A stretch of DNA of 63,960 bases, the filler included, from Ionaspis alba (taxonomy: Eukaryota), in assembly GCA_964255285.1 (NCBI GenBank). It is 9 parts of 9 records of this genome, joined end to end, with 100 filler letters (N's around TTAATTAATTAA, not from the genome) between each part and the next. Parts side by side here need not be neighbours in the genome. Positions count along the whole stretch, not along the records: positions 21,440 to 28,475 come from CAXUUL010000864.1; positions 28,576 to 35,606 come from CAXUUL010000865.1; positions 35,707 to 42,729 come from CAXUUL010000866.1; 6 more parts are not named here. The stretch is one strand, 5' to 3'. The notes under the pieces are model-generated. The model did no database searches. It had not been told where the DNA came from and saw only the letters and a program-made list of their open reading frames with translations. Each line of letters opens with the position of its first letter. Position 1 is the stretch's first letter. Of the stretch, positions 22,979 to 36,006 are shown one piece after another. Made by a program: the position numbers and the translations under genes.

Positions 22979-24089
22979 AGGAGATCAGTGATTGGAGATG
23001 AGGGATGAGGGTGTTTAGGAGGCGTTTGGTGCTGAGGTATAGAGATGTTTGATTGGAACATAGATCGTCAGATCGTTCTGTAATGATTGATATTTCTGCT
23101 TGATTGCTGTGGGATTCGTTAGATTGACATGAATACCATTGGGTAGATTCAATGAACTTTGCCAGTGGTCGGAGTTGAGTTCAAAACAGAGATTGTCTTC
23201 GTAGTAAATGAACAAATGAAAGCAAGAAACAGTCCGAAACATTGCGAAACATTGCGAAAGATCCGTTGGCGTGTAGAAGCAGTTGGATTTAACTGCTCCA
23301 TAGACACAAAGGAGCGGCATAGCTTTAGAAGAACAGTCAATGAGATGAATGGCACCCAAGCAATTGGCGTTTATGCCTCCTCAGCACCGCGGATCCTTTG
23401 GGGGACCATGACGATATCCAACAAGAGATTGTGCAGAGATTCGCTCTCGCCATGTGGCACGATTTGCAAGGTTCTTCGCTCGAACCATTCAACGTGTCTG
23501 CGTATAAAGACAATCCTAGGACAGAGGAGGATGGAGGCTGATGAAGGAGCTCTCTACTCCGCACGTGGAAAGAAGTCCGATGCAGGAAATCATAGTACTG
23601 AGATCTACCAGTCCTTGTTTNNNNNNNNNNNNNNNNNNNNNNNNNNNNNNNNNNNNNNNNNNNNNNNNNNNNNNNNNNNNNNNNNNNNNNNNNNNNNNNN
23701 NNNNNNNNNNNNNNNNNNNNTGGAAAGAAGTCCGATGCAGGAAATCATAGTACTGAGATCTACCAGTCCTTGTTTTGTCATACCGGTATCGTTGACATGG
23801 GTTTCAAGTAGTTTAACCATCATCACGGAGTCCGCAGCAATAACCTGGATGGTGAAACAGCGTTGGTCTTTGATAAAGCTATTGGCCTAAGCTTAAATTA
23901 TGATTCTACTTGGCAAACTCACACGGCTTTTGATTGGTCAACAGGTGGATGTATTTTATTGGTCGACAGTATACTTGATTGCTTTCATAAACCGCCTTTA
24001 TTCTTTCTAGAGCTCCAATAGTCCCCGTAGTCCCATAAAAGTACATAATCAAGACCTTGCTTCCCCGTCTAAGTTTTGGCCCTTGTTAA

Positions 24090-24415
24090 TCAACGCTCGA
24101 CGACCTTCATCATCCTCTCAACCTTCCGGTCCAAGTTCTTTCTTCTCACTTCCATGCCCATTGCAACTTTCTCGTGTGCTTGACTCTTACTGACATATGT
24201 GTAAAGCGGATATGGGCCGTTGGGGACTTGTTGGAGGAAATGTGAGTTGAGGCTAGTGGTGGTGGTGGCGGCGGCTGATTGGTAATATGTGGGTGCGACG
24301 GGAGCGGGAGCGGGAGCGCTAATGGAGCTAGATTAGTGCCAGTCCTTGTGGCTTGATGGGCGGTGGTCAGGAATTACCCTTGCGCAACCCTACTGCTGTA
24401 ATGATAAGACGACAT
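24090..24415 (-). CDS. Putative small two-exon hypothetical protein (~88 aa)
   Basis: ATG 24415; a GTAATT...CTAAT...TAG intron (24377-24319) joins MSSYHYSSRVAQG in frame to APAPAPVAPTYYQ...RRKNLDRKVERMMKVVER*. Confidence 0.4.
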
Positions 24416-27400
24416 ATTGAAATAGATTCTTAGATTCGTCAGCTTCGAATGCTGATATGTAGCGACAGGTGTTCTGGATTAAAAGTATGCTAGGAAGTAT
24501 AACTCTCAAAGCGAGTGACTTGAAGAATGGTAGCAGGGGATGTTCTATTATCGAGGAGACAGCTATCAGATTGTGCAGGCAGGGAAAGGGTAGATATCAA
24601 GGTCCTATATATATATGCGGAAGTCCTTCTATCATCTGGCCTGATGAGCCCTTGAGAGCCTCACCTTTCCTCCAGTCGAAAGTCCTGTGGACTTGTCCGT
24701 CACCTCCATCCTGTGCCTCCAGTTCCTGAAACTGCTTCATTAGCGTAGATAGCAGGATGACCACCCTCTCCTTCCCAATGCTTGTTCTATGCACTAGCGA
24801 TGTAGGCTACATCAGGCCTTATAATGCTTAAATAGATCGGAGAGGTGCCGAAACATGATTTTACGAGGTATACCCTAGCACTGTACATATCAAACGAGCC
24901 GGCTCATACATCTCAATCATTGCCTTATTGTCTAACTATCAGCTGGTTCAGCTCGCTAGAATGTTTCACGCTTCAGCGAACCAATCAATCTAATCCCTGC
25001 CACAAACACCCCACATGCTGTTCGCTAAGCTAGCGGCTCTTCGCCGAACCAATGTCTTGGCATGATTATGGTCGAGCCATTTATCGAACGGTTGAGCTTT
25101 GCCAAAAATAGCTAATGCCAGCCATATGGATGATTACGTCCCCTCAACATGGTGTGCGATTCTTACGCGCGCGTATCAGCCTCAGCTGAACTTGGAAATT
25201 GATTTTCGAGCTTCGGTCCACAGGTTTTGATTCCTTGTCACGACGGATTCGTCACTATGGGGATCATCAGCGGCCATCGTTCTGGTGCATGTGACCCCTC
25301 CTTCAGATACACCCTCTTTGCCGCTTCGTCGCATCTGCGTCTTCATCCCAATTGCATGCCGCGATCGAATCTCGGGGCGTAGGAATTAGGGGCTCAGGTG
25401 GGATCATGTGACCATACTAGTGGTTTAGTAGAACACACGTTCGCTTAGACTAGTAGTAAATCAGCTTGGAATACTACAGGGGACGCTTACACTATCGTCA
25501 CCGGCTTGCCTCATTGTAGCTCATCGCAGCGGCGATCACTCAACCCTGGTTCGCCAACGTTCCTATACACACGGTGTGGATACAAGCCTTCAATGTTGCG
25601 TAGAAAGGATGGGGATTGTGTTCTTGGTAGGAGCCTGACGTGCAGGCTCGGGCTTTTCGGCAACGGTGAGCTCCAGAACTCGGGGTCTGTGAAGCGTAGA
25701 GTTCCCCGAATGAACATCTTCATGGTCCGAGCAGTAGAGACCGGGGGGATACAATCCACAGTTGCTCGAAACACATACAAGCTCCAATCCCAGGCTTAGT
25801 TAGACTGCCCTCGTATTCATTGGATGTTACAGACCTCACGATGGAAAAGCCAACCAGCATTCGAAAAAGGCTGAGAACATCGGACGATTAGAACCCCGAG
25901 CCAACCCCAGGAATGTTTCCCCACCACAGTTAGATTTCAAGCTAACTCGATAAAGATAGGCTCTGAGGCTCTAAGCGCCCATGCAGAGATCTCCAGCACG
26001 GACATCAGCCACATATATCATTCTAAATCCTGCGCTAAGAATAATTTCAGGAATTCTATATGTAGCACGGAGTGAATCTGATACACCACCGAGTCAGGTT
26101 CCAGATACCGGGCCATACGTGGCATCGCAACTCTTCTCTCGCAAGCCTTCGGCATTTCGGGAATGATTCATACCGACAACGCGGGCTAGTGAAGAGCTGA
26201 AGTTCGGAGGTTGAAATGTATTCCCTGGTCACTGCATTCTGCACACTGACATGTTGAACCATGGTTACACTTCTCGAGGCCTCTGGTCTATGCTTCCGTA
26301 TAGATATAACGTCCAAAGCTAACCCAATGCGATCATCTTTGCCTCAACTCCAACAGTGGCCAATTGCCTCGACTTCTACTGCGCCCGCGCCAGGAGACAT
26401 ATGGCTTCCTCGGATTTACACAATCTAGCTACAACATATATGCGATGCCAGTGATCATTCAGTGCGCGTTGATTTTGTATACAAGGTCTTCTCTTTGCCA
26501 TGAATACATGCACAGGAGCCAACATCAAGGGATTCTTGCTCGTTAGTAAGCATTGTGCACTTCACCGACAGGAACGCTTCGGGATTTGTCAAAACTTCGA
26601 TTTCAGGGGCGACCGGATTCAGAAGCCAAAGCCAGCTTTGAAGGAGTTTCTGACTTCAATCCGATCGTCACGAAGAAGTGCTGATGTGTGGCCCAGAACC
26701 TCAAATGCCGTTGCGGCGTGACGAACTTCTCGACAGCTGCCGATCTGCAAGAAACACGTTTCATGCCTCTTGTGGTTAGAAACGGCCGGCTACAGTAATT
26801 TCGAGGAGATTGTGTAGCTCTGAGGTAGGTACGTGGCGTAGTTTTTCCAGATGGCTCAGCTGTAGCTCAGGGACTGCTTTGAGCTGCACGAGCGAAGCGT
26901 GTCGAAGCAGATAGTGTATGGCTGGTTGGTAAAATCGAAGACTACGCATATCGTGATGTTTGCGTTGATCAGCTTCAAAGATACCAAGATTTCAACCAGT
27001 GTTTCAGCATATCAAAGTTGATCCTGCCCATTTGAGGCTCGTGTTCCTCTTTGAACGGAACGACACTCACGATCTCGACGCCGAGCAAGTCATAGGATAT
27101 ATGTGTAAGACCAACAATTGAACAGGGCGAAAGCAGCAAGAAAAGAGGTGCATCTATCGCGATAGTAGAATTCGACCATAATTATTCAATTTTGATGCTA
27201 CCACATGTTTCTGTATCAATGGATCTGACGGTATGACTGTCGACCTCACTTCTGTCACCATCAATCCTCACGGGAGTATCCTTTCCGAAGAGGGCTCTCC
27301 GATCATGCATCCTCTCTGGCCACCGTCCGAGTATCCACGCATAGGGGTTGCATGTACAAAATATGGAGTGAGTGTCTACATCACGCATCGTACCTGCATC

Positions 27401-28575
27401 TTGCAAAGCAAGGTAGACCAACATTCAAAAGGTGCACCATCGGCAAATATTGTCGGCATGCCAAAGGTGGGCTCCTCCACCAGCGTTGTATTCGTTCTTA
27501 GTCGTGCCGCCGGAAACCGGTTGACAATCAGTCTTGTTGCCGGGCCTTCCACTCCTTTCGACTTAGTGGCAGTTGAGAAGGTGTGGATTCTTGGCACGGC
27601 GATGGCGCTAGCGCAGAACTATTCGAGGACGCCGCAGAACTGCCTATCTTTGCATTGCTATCTGTAAGGGCGCACAATCTTGAAGCACACTAGCGGCGAG
27701 TATCTCAAACGTCTGACATGCTTTGAGATGATATCTGTCTGTAGAAAATAAGTGGCTTATTACGAGCTGAAGACCAGGGTGAAACGCATCTTGCAGCAAG
27801 AACTAACCAATCTATTGGCAATGCAACAAGCATATCTAGGGCTGCATGAGTCGTGAGGGCAGAAGATCCAACCCCGGTTTCAAACCCAGACGGATGTGGC
27901 GGAGGGCACACACATGCAAAGAAGCATGATAAGAAGCTCAAACGAAAGGCAAACACGACGACAGAGGCAGCCATAAATATCATTATAATATAAGATCTAT
28001 TATTAGAGACCTCGAGGGCCAGCTTATTATAAACAGGACATCCACCTTCAAGAAGAAAAAGAGAAAGAAAGAAACCAATCGTAATTCCCGCGCACGAGTT
28101 CCACTCGCACCTTTTTCCATCCAGTGGCACTGCAAATCTGGTCCAAGCCAGTGCAGAAGATCGGGACATGTGCCTGACACGAGTCCAGCTTGATTGGTGT
28201 AACATCATGCCTGTGATCCACGCTCTCCACCCACCACTCCCCTTTACTAGCTCAACTGCCCACGCCAGCATCATCCACGCGTTCCAGCCACCCCCTTGCT
28301 TCAACCTCTCCCATGTACACTCCTCATGTGTACTCTCAGATTGTGGTTCCGGCTAAAGGTTCTGCCACATTCAGCTACTGCGCAAGTCAAGCGGCGAGCT
28401 TCGGCGGAATGTTTCTCGCGCATGTGGCGCTGTAGGTTGGATGGCAGCCAGAGGACTTTGCCTTTAAGAACCTTGNNNNNNNNNNNNNNNNNNNNNNNNN
28501 NNNNNNNNNNNNNNNNNNNTTAATTAATTAANNNNNNNNNNNNNNNNNNNNNNNNNNNNNNNNNNNNNNNNNNNN

Positions 28576-31500
28576 TGAACCTTCTTCGGAAACTCAAACT
28601 TGGTAGGTGTTGGACCCTTTTTCTTCTTTAAGTGGGTCGCAATGGGTGGCGATAGAGCTGCAACCTGATCCTTCTTCACAATTTCGGTCTTGTCTTTCCG
28701 ACTCTGCGGTGATGCAGAAGGCAACGGTGGCAAAGTTCCTATGGAACGCGCAGACGAAGGTGATGGTGTCCGAAGCGGCACTTCGATCTCCAGTTCTTTC
28801 GTATTAACATTTCGCGAAGATGGAGATTTAGATTCTGACCGGCCTGCCCGCAAGGTGTCCAAGTTTGCAGTGGGAGACACGTCTAGAGATTTCTTGGTCT
28901 GCAGATCACCACTGGAATTCTCAGAGAACGAGCGGCTAACCTTGGTCGATTCTTCGCAGGACTTCGAAGCAACTAATGACCTTCTTCCTTTTGCTGCCTC
29001 GGAGTAGGACAGCTTTGGAGATACCCTTTCTGCAACAGGTGAGATTTGCTCACTGGAACTCTTATGAGACGACGGACTCTGGTGAGCTAGTTCCATGTCT
29101 GCAATAGAAACAGTCTGTTGCATAGTGGTTTCTGTCGCCGAAGGAGTTGATTTTGCGGTTCTGACGGGGCGCAGAGGTATTGCAGGACGAGGAGTCGGAG
29201 CCTTCTTGGATTTCACCCTGGTAGTATCCATGACCATGTCCATGGAAGCTTCATCAAACGTGCTCTTTGCCTTTTGCATAACATTTTCCGATTCTGCCAA
29301 GGGAGAGCCCTCTCTGCTTTCAGCTGAACTGTTTTGGGCAAGAATTTTACGTTCTTCGGCCAGATCGTCTGATCGCTCAGTTTGAGAGGACGAAGGCGGA
29401 TTCGTCATGACGAACCCACCTGGAGGAGAAACCTCAAGGCTTCCTAGGGGAGGAACTATTGTGGCTTGAGTCTGCGGAATGCTGATTTGAAGACGGCGAC
29501 TTTCATGCCCCAAACCATGCTCTGACTGAAAATCTCGGCGCTCAGACTGATTGAGCATCTCATGACCCTTTGACTCAACTACATCTTTAGGGTGTTCTGA
29601 CGGAATTTCGCCAAAGCTATCCCTTTTGGTTTCGTGTTTAGGCTTCTTGGCTGACGAGTTTTTTCTCTGTGTCTTCTCGTCCGGAATCTTCTCTACTTCT
29701 GTCTTCTTTTGAGGGATCTTATCGTTTTTAGATGTCATGTAATCGTCTAGCGTCTTCTCAAGAGCAAGGTCCTCTTTTGTCTGGGAGCGCTCAGGGGATG
29801 AAGTTGGAGCAGGAGTCGGTGCAATATCACCTACTTGCCCATTTGTATCAGTGGTAGATCTTTGGGATGCAACAGCTTTCTCTTCGGTAGTCGAGTGCTC
29901 CTCAGGAACAGTCGACGGAGTGAAATCCTTGCCCACTGCTCCATTTTCTTCCCTCGGTGCAGGATCGTGGGTGGGTTTGGCAGAGCTCGCTGGCTTCCAG
30001 GGAGCTCTTGAGTTCCGGGACTTCCTCTTCGGAGATCCATCGGACGGCAATTGTGCCTGGGAGGCGGACACTCCGATTTTTCCAGACGGGTCTTCTTGGA
30101 CTATGAAATCGGCAAGTGACGCACGACGCGTTTCAGAGAAATTGTGCCGCTTTTCCGGGCTCTTCCTGACCTCCGTTCGCTTATCTGCTATACGCTGTGA
30201 GGACTGCTTCGTGGGTGTCTCCTGCTCTGCCTTTGTCAAAGCTTCCTTACAAGACTTCTCCTTGGTTTTGCCACTCCGTTGCCCTGTATTATTGCGTTCC
30301 CTGACCGGCGTGATCTGAGCTGTATCGAATTCTCCTACGGGATTGGGTACGTCCTCGAGGCTCAAGTGGTGGGTTGGGGTTCGTGGCTCAGACTTTTGCC
30401 CTTTGCCCTTCTTGTGTTTAGGCGTCTTTGGATTGCTATGGCCACTGCCCTGTTCATTCACCAGTTGCTGAGGTGCTATACTAGTACTCTTTTCTGTGCT
30501 GCTGGCTTGGGAACGAGGTGAATTTTTGCCGATATTAGTTTGTGCCTGGTGCGGTGGCAACGCGAAGACTGGTCCAGACGGCAAATCGCGACTGGCCTGA
30601 CCATCAAGACCATGAGAGTCAGAAGTATGCATCTTTGCATTGTTTACATTGCTGTAATTTGAAGTACCACCACGCTTGTCGAAAGCCTGTTTGACAGACA
30701 AGATAGAACCATCGGGAAGTCTTGTATTATTTAATCGGGACATTGCTTTCTGTGCATCGTCCGGTAGATGATAACTAAAATTCCTCTGATCAGTCGAAGG
30801 TGATCTCTCTGATGTCTCTCCACAACCTAGGAACATCTTACCAGACAAAGAAAAATCGGCCCTTCTTCCAACCCATCGAATGTTGATCTGATTTCCAGCC
30901 ACCTGAAGTGAAAGGTCCCTGGACTTCAACTACCGAACCTGTTCCTGCGAAGAGACGTTTCACGTCCTCTAGTTCAATCCTAAAAGCATGAACATAAAGA
31001 CGGTTTGGATCAAAAAGAGGTTGATTCGGGTACCGATAGGAGTCACTATGCGGCTGGCGAGGACCAGGTATATGTGTATTCGTCGCATCAGGTTGCCAGG
31101 AAGTGGACGTAGACCGAGGTTTAAAGTCTCCTGTCTGCGTTTGCTCATGGGTTGAGGAGCTAGCAATTATTGGCGAGTGCGCCTGAGATGCCTCACGCTG
31201 AGTACCTTCCTTTTGGCCCTCATTTGTTACGTTCTGCAATGGAGTGTCAGGCTTTCCTTTGACCGGCGTATCGGCTTCAGAAGTACCAGATACTTTTTGC
31301 CCGGATCGGGAAGACTTTCCGCCTGGAGTCTGGTTCGGACCAAGGTGAGCTTTACCCTCTTCGATTGTCCAGACTGAGGGCCCAGAATATTCGCCACTGT
31401 CTCCAACACCTCTAGGATAGCCCATCGGCAAATCGGGTCCACGAGTATATCGGAATTGATCACGATTTTGAGCTCCCTGCAGCGAAAAGCTGTTCTGACG

Positions 31501-33365
31501 GGAACCGCGGTTGGAAGAATATCTGCGACCTCCACGGATTCCTCGTTGATCTCCACCCTGACTTCGGTTGGGACCATAGTTTTCGTCCATAGACTCCTGA
31601 TGACTCCTCATGCCTTGAGACGGTACAAGTCGAGCATCATCCGAAAAAGTCTTGCGGGGGTTGTAGTTCTGATATCTACCACCTTGACCTTGTGCTTGTC
31701 GGTGACCCGAGCCATCCCGATCATCTGGCTTCCAGTGTTGGGAAGAGCCTTGGTGATACATTCCACGATTTGGTGCTTGGTTGTGACCTTGTCCAGGTCG
31801 AACTCGTGGCAGATGTAGTCCTCTGGGATCGGGTTGGTATTGGTCAGAAGGCTGAAAACCTGTACCTCTCGAGAAGTAGGCTTGATGGTTGTATGGAGAG
31901 TCTGGTTGCCTTGACATCTCTTGTACAGCAATGTCGACGAATGGTGGGAATGGTTCCATAGAGCTTCGACGAGGCGCTTGTGGCCCTGAAGGAATTCTTG
32001 GTGTTGTTGGAGACGGAGTTTGTAGAGGTTCAACCATCTGGTACGGAAATGGCCCCATAGCTCCGGGAAAGTCACAAATCACTTGAGCGTGAGCTTGCAT
32101 CTCTGCCAAACCCATACTCAAGACATGTGGATTAGCGTGGAGAGCTCTTGAAGTAGGAATGGGCTCGCTGGCGTCCATCTCGGTACCAATACCATGACCT
32201 CCCAAGGACTGGATTGGAAGACTTGACCTAATCCTTTGAAGTCCAAATGCAAGAGATTGTCCCCTGGGGCGTCGGAATTCGATATTATCGAAGTTTGGCT
32301 TGGGACGGATTGGAAGACGACTTGGAGGGGGTTGTGACCATCGAAGTGCACTGTTTGGCACCGGATGAGATGGAGATCTCTGGGATCTGTCATGAGTCCT
32401 TAGGTGGGGAAGCTGATTTGTTATCATCTGCTGCGAATACTGTACCGCCTGGCCCATAAGACCGCTGTGAGAATGTACATCGACGACTGGATTTGCATGA
32501 GGCTGAAACACTCGCAACTGCGGGCCCCTCGTTTTGTCAGCTTCTGGCTCACTACGAGATTTTATTTCTGATATGCCTTGAGCTATCTCTTCGAGCGGCG
32601 CATCGCCAGCAGAGGTAGGACGAAGGATGGCCATAGATGTCAAGTCTTGGGTTGGCATAGGGTCGGATGGAAAGCGCTGCGCAGGCGTTGATGCAGTCGC
32701 AGCTGCGTGTTGAATATCGAATGGAGTCGGCGCTGGCGCTTCGTCAGAGGCCTGCGTGGGTACAAGAGGTATATCTGGAATGGCTGCGCGAGTCAGTCAC
32801 CATACCTGTCTCTGGAGTATTGATGATTACATTGAGGTTTTGCATGCTTTGCAACCAGCTTGATCATCCTGGTCTTCTTGAGACTCATGAATGCATCCTG
32901 TAAGAGCTCTGCGTTATACAATGTGTTCTCGTCAGTGTTGAAGATTTCTTGTGTTTCCTCAGCAATGCTATCAAAGCGCTGGGAGTTTGCACTTTTCCAA
33001 TCTTCACAAAAGCGTTCCACTTGTGCGATACGCGCAAGATTCTCTGTCCCAATTTGGTTGAGCACACTGACAATCATACCAGAACCGTGAAGGTGAACAT
33101 CGTAGTGATCGAAGTAGTCGTAGATGTTGACAATTGGGAGCGTAAGATTCCTACATTCTAGAGGAAATTGACGTCTCAAATTAGCTACCAACGTTACCAT
33201 GTCGTCCGTCGGATCTGTGCGTAGTATCACCGACGATTCCCCCGCCTTCGCCTCCAACGTTACGGACTTTCCGCGGTTGGTCGAGAAGATGGCTCTGGCA
33301 TTCCGGACCCGTTGTGTATGATCGTCGGGCGGCGGAGCTGGTAGGACCACAGATATTGGCTCCAT
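28576..33365 (-). CDS. Large, mostly disordered RRM-containing protein, at least two introns, 3' truncated
   Basis: Three long ORFs joined in frame by GTAATC...CTGAC...CAG (~32.8 kb) and GTAAGA...CTGAT...TAG (~30.8 kb) introns. RRM: RLYVHAF...LEDVKRLF...GRFFFV|..DDAQKAMSRLNN...LSVKQA. Confidence 0.75.
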
Positions 33366-34505
33366 GATGCTGATTGTAGATGTGCGACCTGATGCAAAAG
33401 CAAAAGCTCTTGCAACGGGCTAATGCTGTGGAAGACGGGATGAGAGGAGTGAGGTTGAAGGTCACTCTCAAGGCGGTGAAATTTGAGTTTAAGGCCACTG
33501 TTAGAAAGGCATCTCCGAGCGAGTGAGGAAGGTACAAGGCACTCGTGGTCAGAAATGGAAGGAATCCATGCCTTTGTTCACCACTCAAGGTCAGCCAGAA
33601 TGATCAATTAGTACTGCTCAAGAGAGCTGCTCGTCAAAGAAGGGGCTATACCCTTCAGATAGGATGGAAACAGAGGGACGAGAGTCTGCCAAGTCTCGCT
33701 TCGATCAACCCTATGTCATGCCGGTGGCATTCAAGTAAACGCGAATCATGTAACAACACCAAAACAAGAGAGTGGGTTAGTAAAGCATACAATACTGTGT
33801 TATTCGCTCGTACTGTAAAAGGCTTCAAGTCGAGCGGCTTATAGGTAAAGAGTGTATGTGTGGAAGAGGTGGGTTGCCACGAGCTTAGCCACGAGGAGAA
33901 AAATATCGCGATTCACGCAGTCCTTCACGCGTTGATCCAATCATCGCGTCCAGATTCACTACAACGTTGATGAAAAAGCTAGGCTAAGAAAATACTCTTA
34001 CGCTGTGCAAGAACAGGGTCTGGTTCTCAGCCGCCCATACCTACCAGTGAGGCAGAAATATCTGGCAGATCTCGTCAGAAGCTTGATCAAGGGAATCATC
34101 CAGCTGAGGAAATTGACAACCAAACAGCTACCCTCAATGCTTCTGAATGGAAAGGCTGAAGAGATTACCACTCATCTGACGAGACCGAGGGTGATCTATC
34201 CGATCATGATGGGACATTATTGGATCGACAATTCATCGTCCCTTGTATGGGAGCAGGAGTCCAAGAACATCATGCGAGGACAATCTGAGGCAATAGGAAC
34301 GGTCTGCTTCTCGCGAGAAGTTTCTTTGTCCCTTTGCATCAGCTATGACTTTCCACAGCATGAATCGTTGGAGGCATTAGAAAAAGTTCTGTACATCTCA
34401 AAGAGCTCCCAGCTCTGATCCTATCAATCCAGGCGAGTCCTTGGCCTCCTTTCGAGCATATGATACATCGGTCATTCCCCTCGTCAAAACCGGCTCTGCT
34501 CAATA

Positions 34506-35144
34506 TCACGAATTCTGTCCCTTTGGGAAGCTCCCAACAAGCTTCAAGATCTCGGACTCGTTGTCCCCAATTACTACTAGTTGTCAGTAAAGCCACTCCA
34601 CGAGCACCGAGGGCCGCCAGATACTCACCCGCTCTCCCATTGTTCCAATCCACAATCTGTCACCATCAAGTTAGCTTTAGTCCCATCCGACGGCCCGACC
34701 CTACCCTGGTGAAAGAGCGAACACTCACAACCGGTCTCCTAAATCCACCGCCCTCCCCTAGCCGCCTGACGGCGCCACCAACACCACCCTCGCTCTTCGC
34801 ACCTTCCACCAGCTCTCCCACCCTCTTGACGCCAATATACTCAATCAACGTCCTCAATTGATCAGGGGTAGGCGGCTCCTCCGTAACGTTTAGCTCGAAC
34901 TCCGCTCTCTCGCCTGCCTGGCCCCTCTGCTGCTTGTTTTGAGCGGAATGATCTGAGGCCTGGTCTTCAGTCGCGGTCGTGGAGGCAGCGGCGGAAGCTT
35001 GTTTGAGGAGAGTGAGGGCGCGGATGGAAGCGGGTGAGGTGGGGGCGTGGAAGAGGGTTATGATATCGAGGGTTTTGTGCTGGAAGGAGCGTCAATTACG
35101 AAATCACAGAAGGAGCAAGACGGGATAGATACGAAGCGGAACAT
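34506..35144 (-). CDS. FMP46: Mitochondrial thioredoxin-like protein Fmp46 (DUF1687), three introns
   Basis: MFRF|HKTLDIITLFH...ATEDQASDHS...FELNVTEEPPTPDQLRTLIEY...RPV|IVDWNNGRA|..GDNESEILKLV. Confidence 0.85.
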
Positions 35145-35706
35145 AGTTTTAATGTTTGTTCAGAGTTGCAGTGTGGTGAGCTTGTTGTTTGGATCGAACC
35201 TCGAGACCGACAAGTGCTTTGAGGTGGAGCTTGAGGAGGGAGCGCTAAAGAGGGCTAGTTTAACGGGCTTGGCACCGTTCTCCATCCCAAACGACGTTAG
35301 GGCTGCAGTGTTCTCAAACGGAGCCTCATATTACTTTTCAAGAAAACAATCACGTTCCCGTAAATTTGTTGATACATAAGACCAAGAGGGAAATTCGAGT
35401 ACAGCTTCAGGATTATCATAGGTGATCTGATTGATTGTATGTGCCATTTACCCGCAAAGCCTCGTACAGCTTTCGAAAATGGACCTGCTTTCCCAGTCGC
35501 CCCTATGTAGCGAAGTGATCACTACCAGATCTCTAGCACACAGTCCGATGGACACCCTCGTGCATTGGCCGCTGCGCTTTCTTGGCGTTCTTCTGATCAT
35601 GACCTTNNNNNNNNNNNNNNNNNNNNNNNNNNNNNNNNNNNNNNNNNNNNTTAATTAATTAANNNNNNNNNNNNNNNNNNNNNNNNNNNNNNNNNNNNNN
35701 NNNNNN

Positions 35707-36006
35707 ACAGAGCTCGTGTAAGGAGGAGGAGTGTATTTAGAGCTGGAGCTGGAGCTGTAAGGCTTAGGTGTATATGAAGGCGGAGGTGGAGGCGGTGGGG
35801 TATAAGAGTAGGGAGGAGGCGTGTACGGATAGTTGCGCTCTACGAGAGCGTTCTCAACTGGTACAGCCAGAGCACTATGATTGAGGAGTCAGTATGAACT
35901 TTAGAGAGAGTCCCCTGTAGTAGACAAAGATGCATCATGAAGAGCCATGCACATACCTGACATACAGTGCAGCCGTGAGAAACAGGACTTTGATAGTGAG
36001 GGCCAT
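35707..36006 (-). CDS. Secreted Tyr/Pro-rich (extensin-like) protein, 3' truncated; intron 35956-35875
   Basis: Signal peptide MALTIKVLFLTAALYVSALA, propeptide VPVENALVER, then NYPYTPPPYSYTPPPPPPPSYTPKPY...KYTPPPY. Canonical GTATGT/CTGAC/TAG intron. Confidence 0.75.

Noticed and set aside
24800..28475. Gene-poor 3.7 kb searched by eye for tRNA, rRNA, transposon or riboswitch signals
   Set aside because: No such signatures were recognised; the listed ORFs look spurious.
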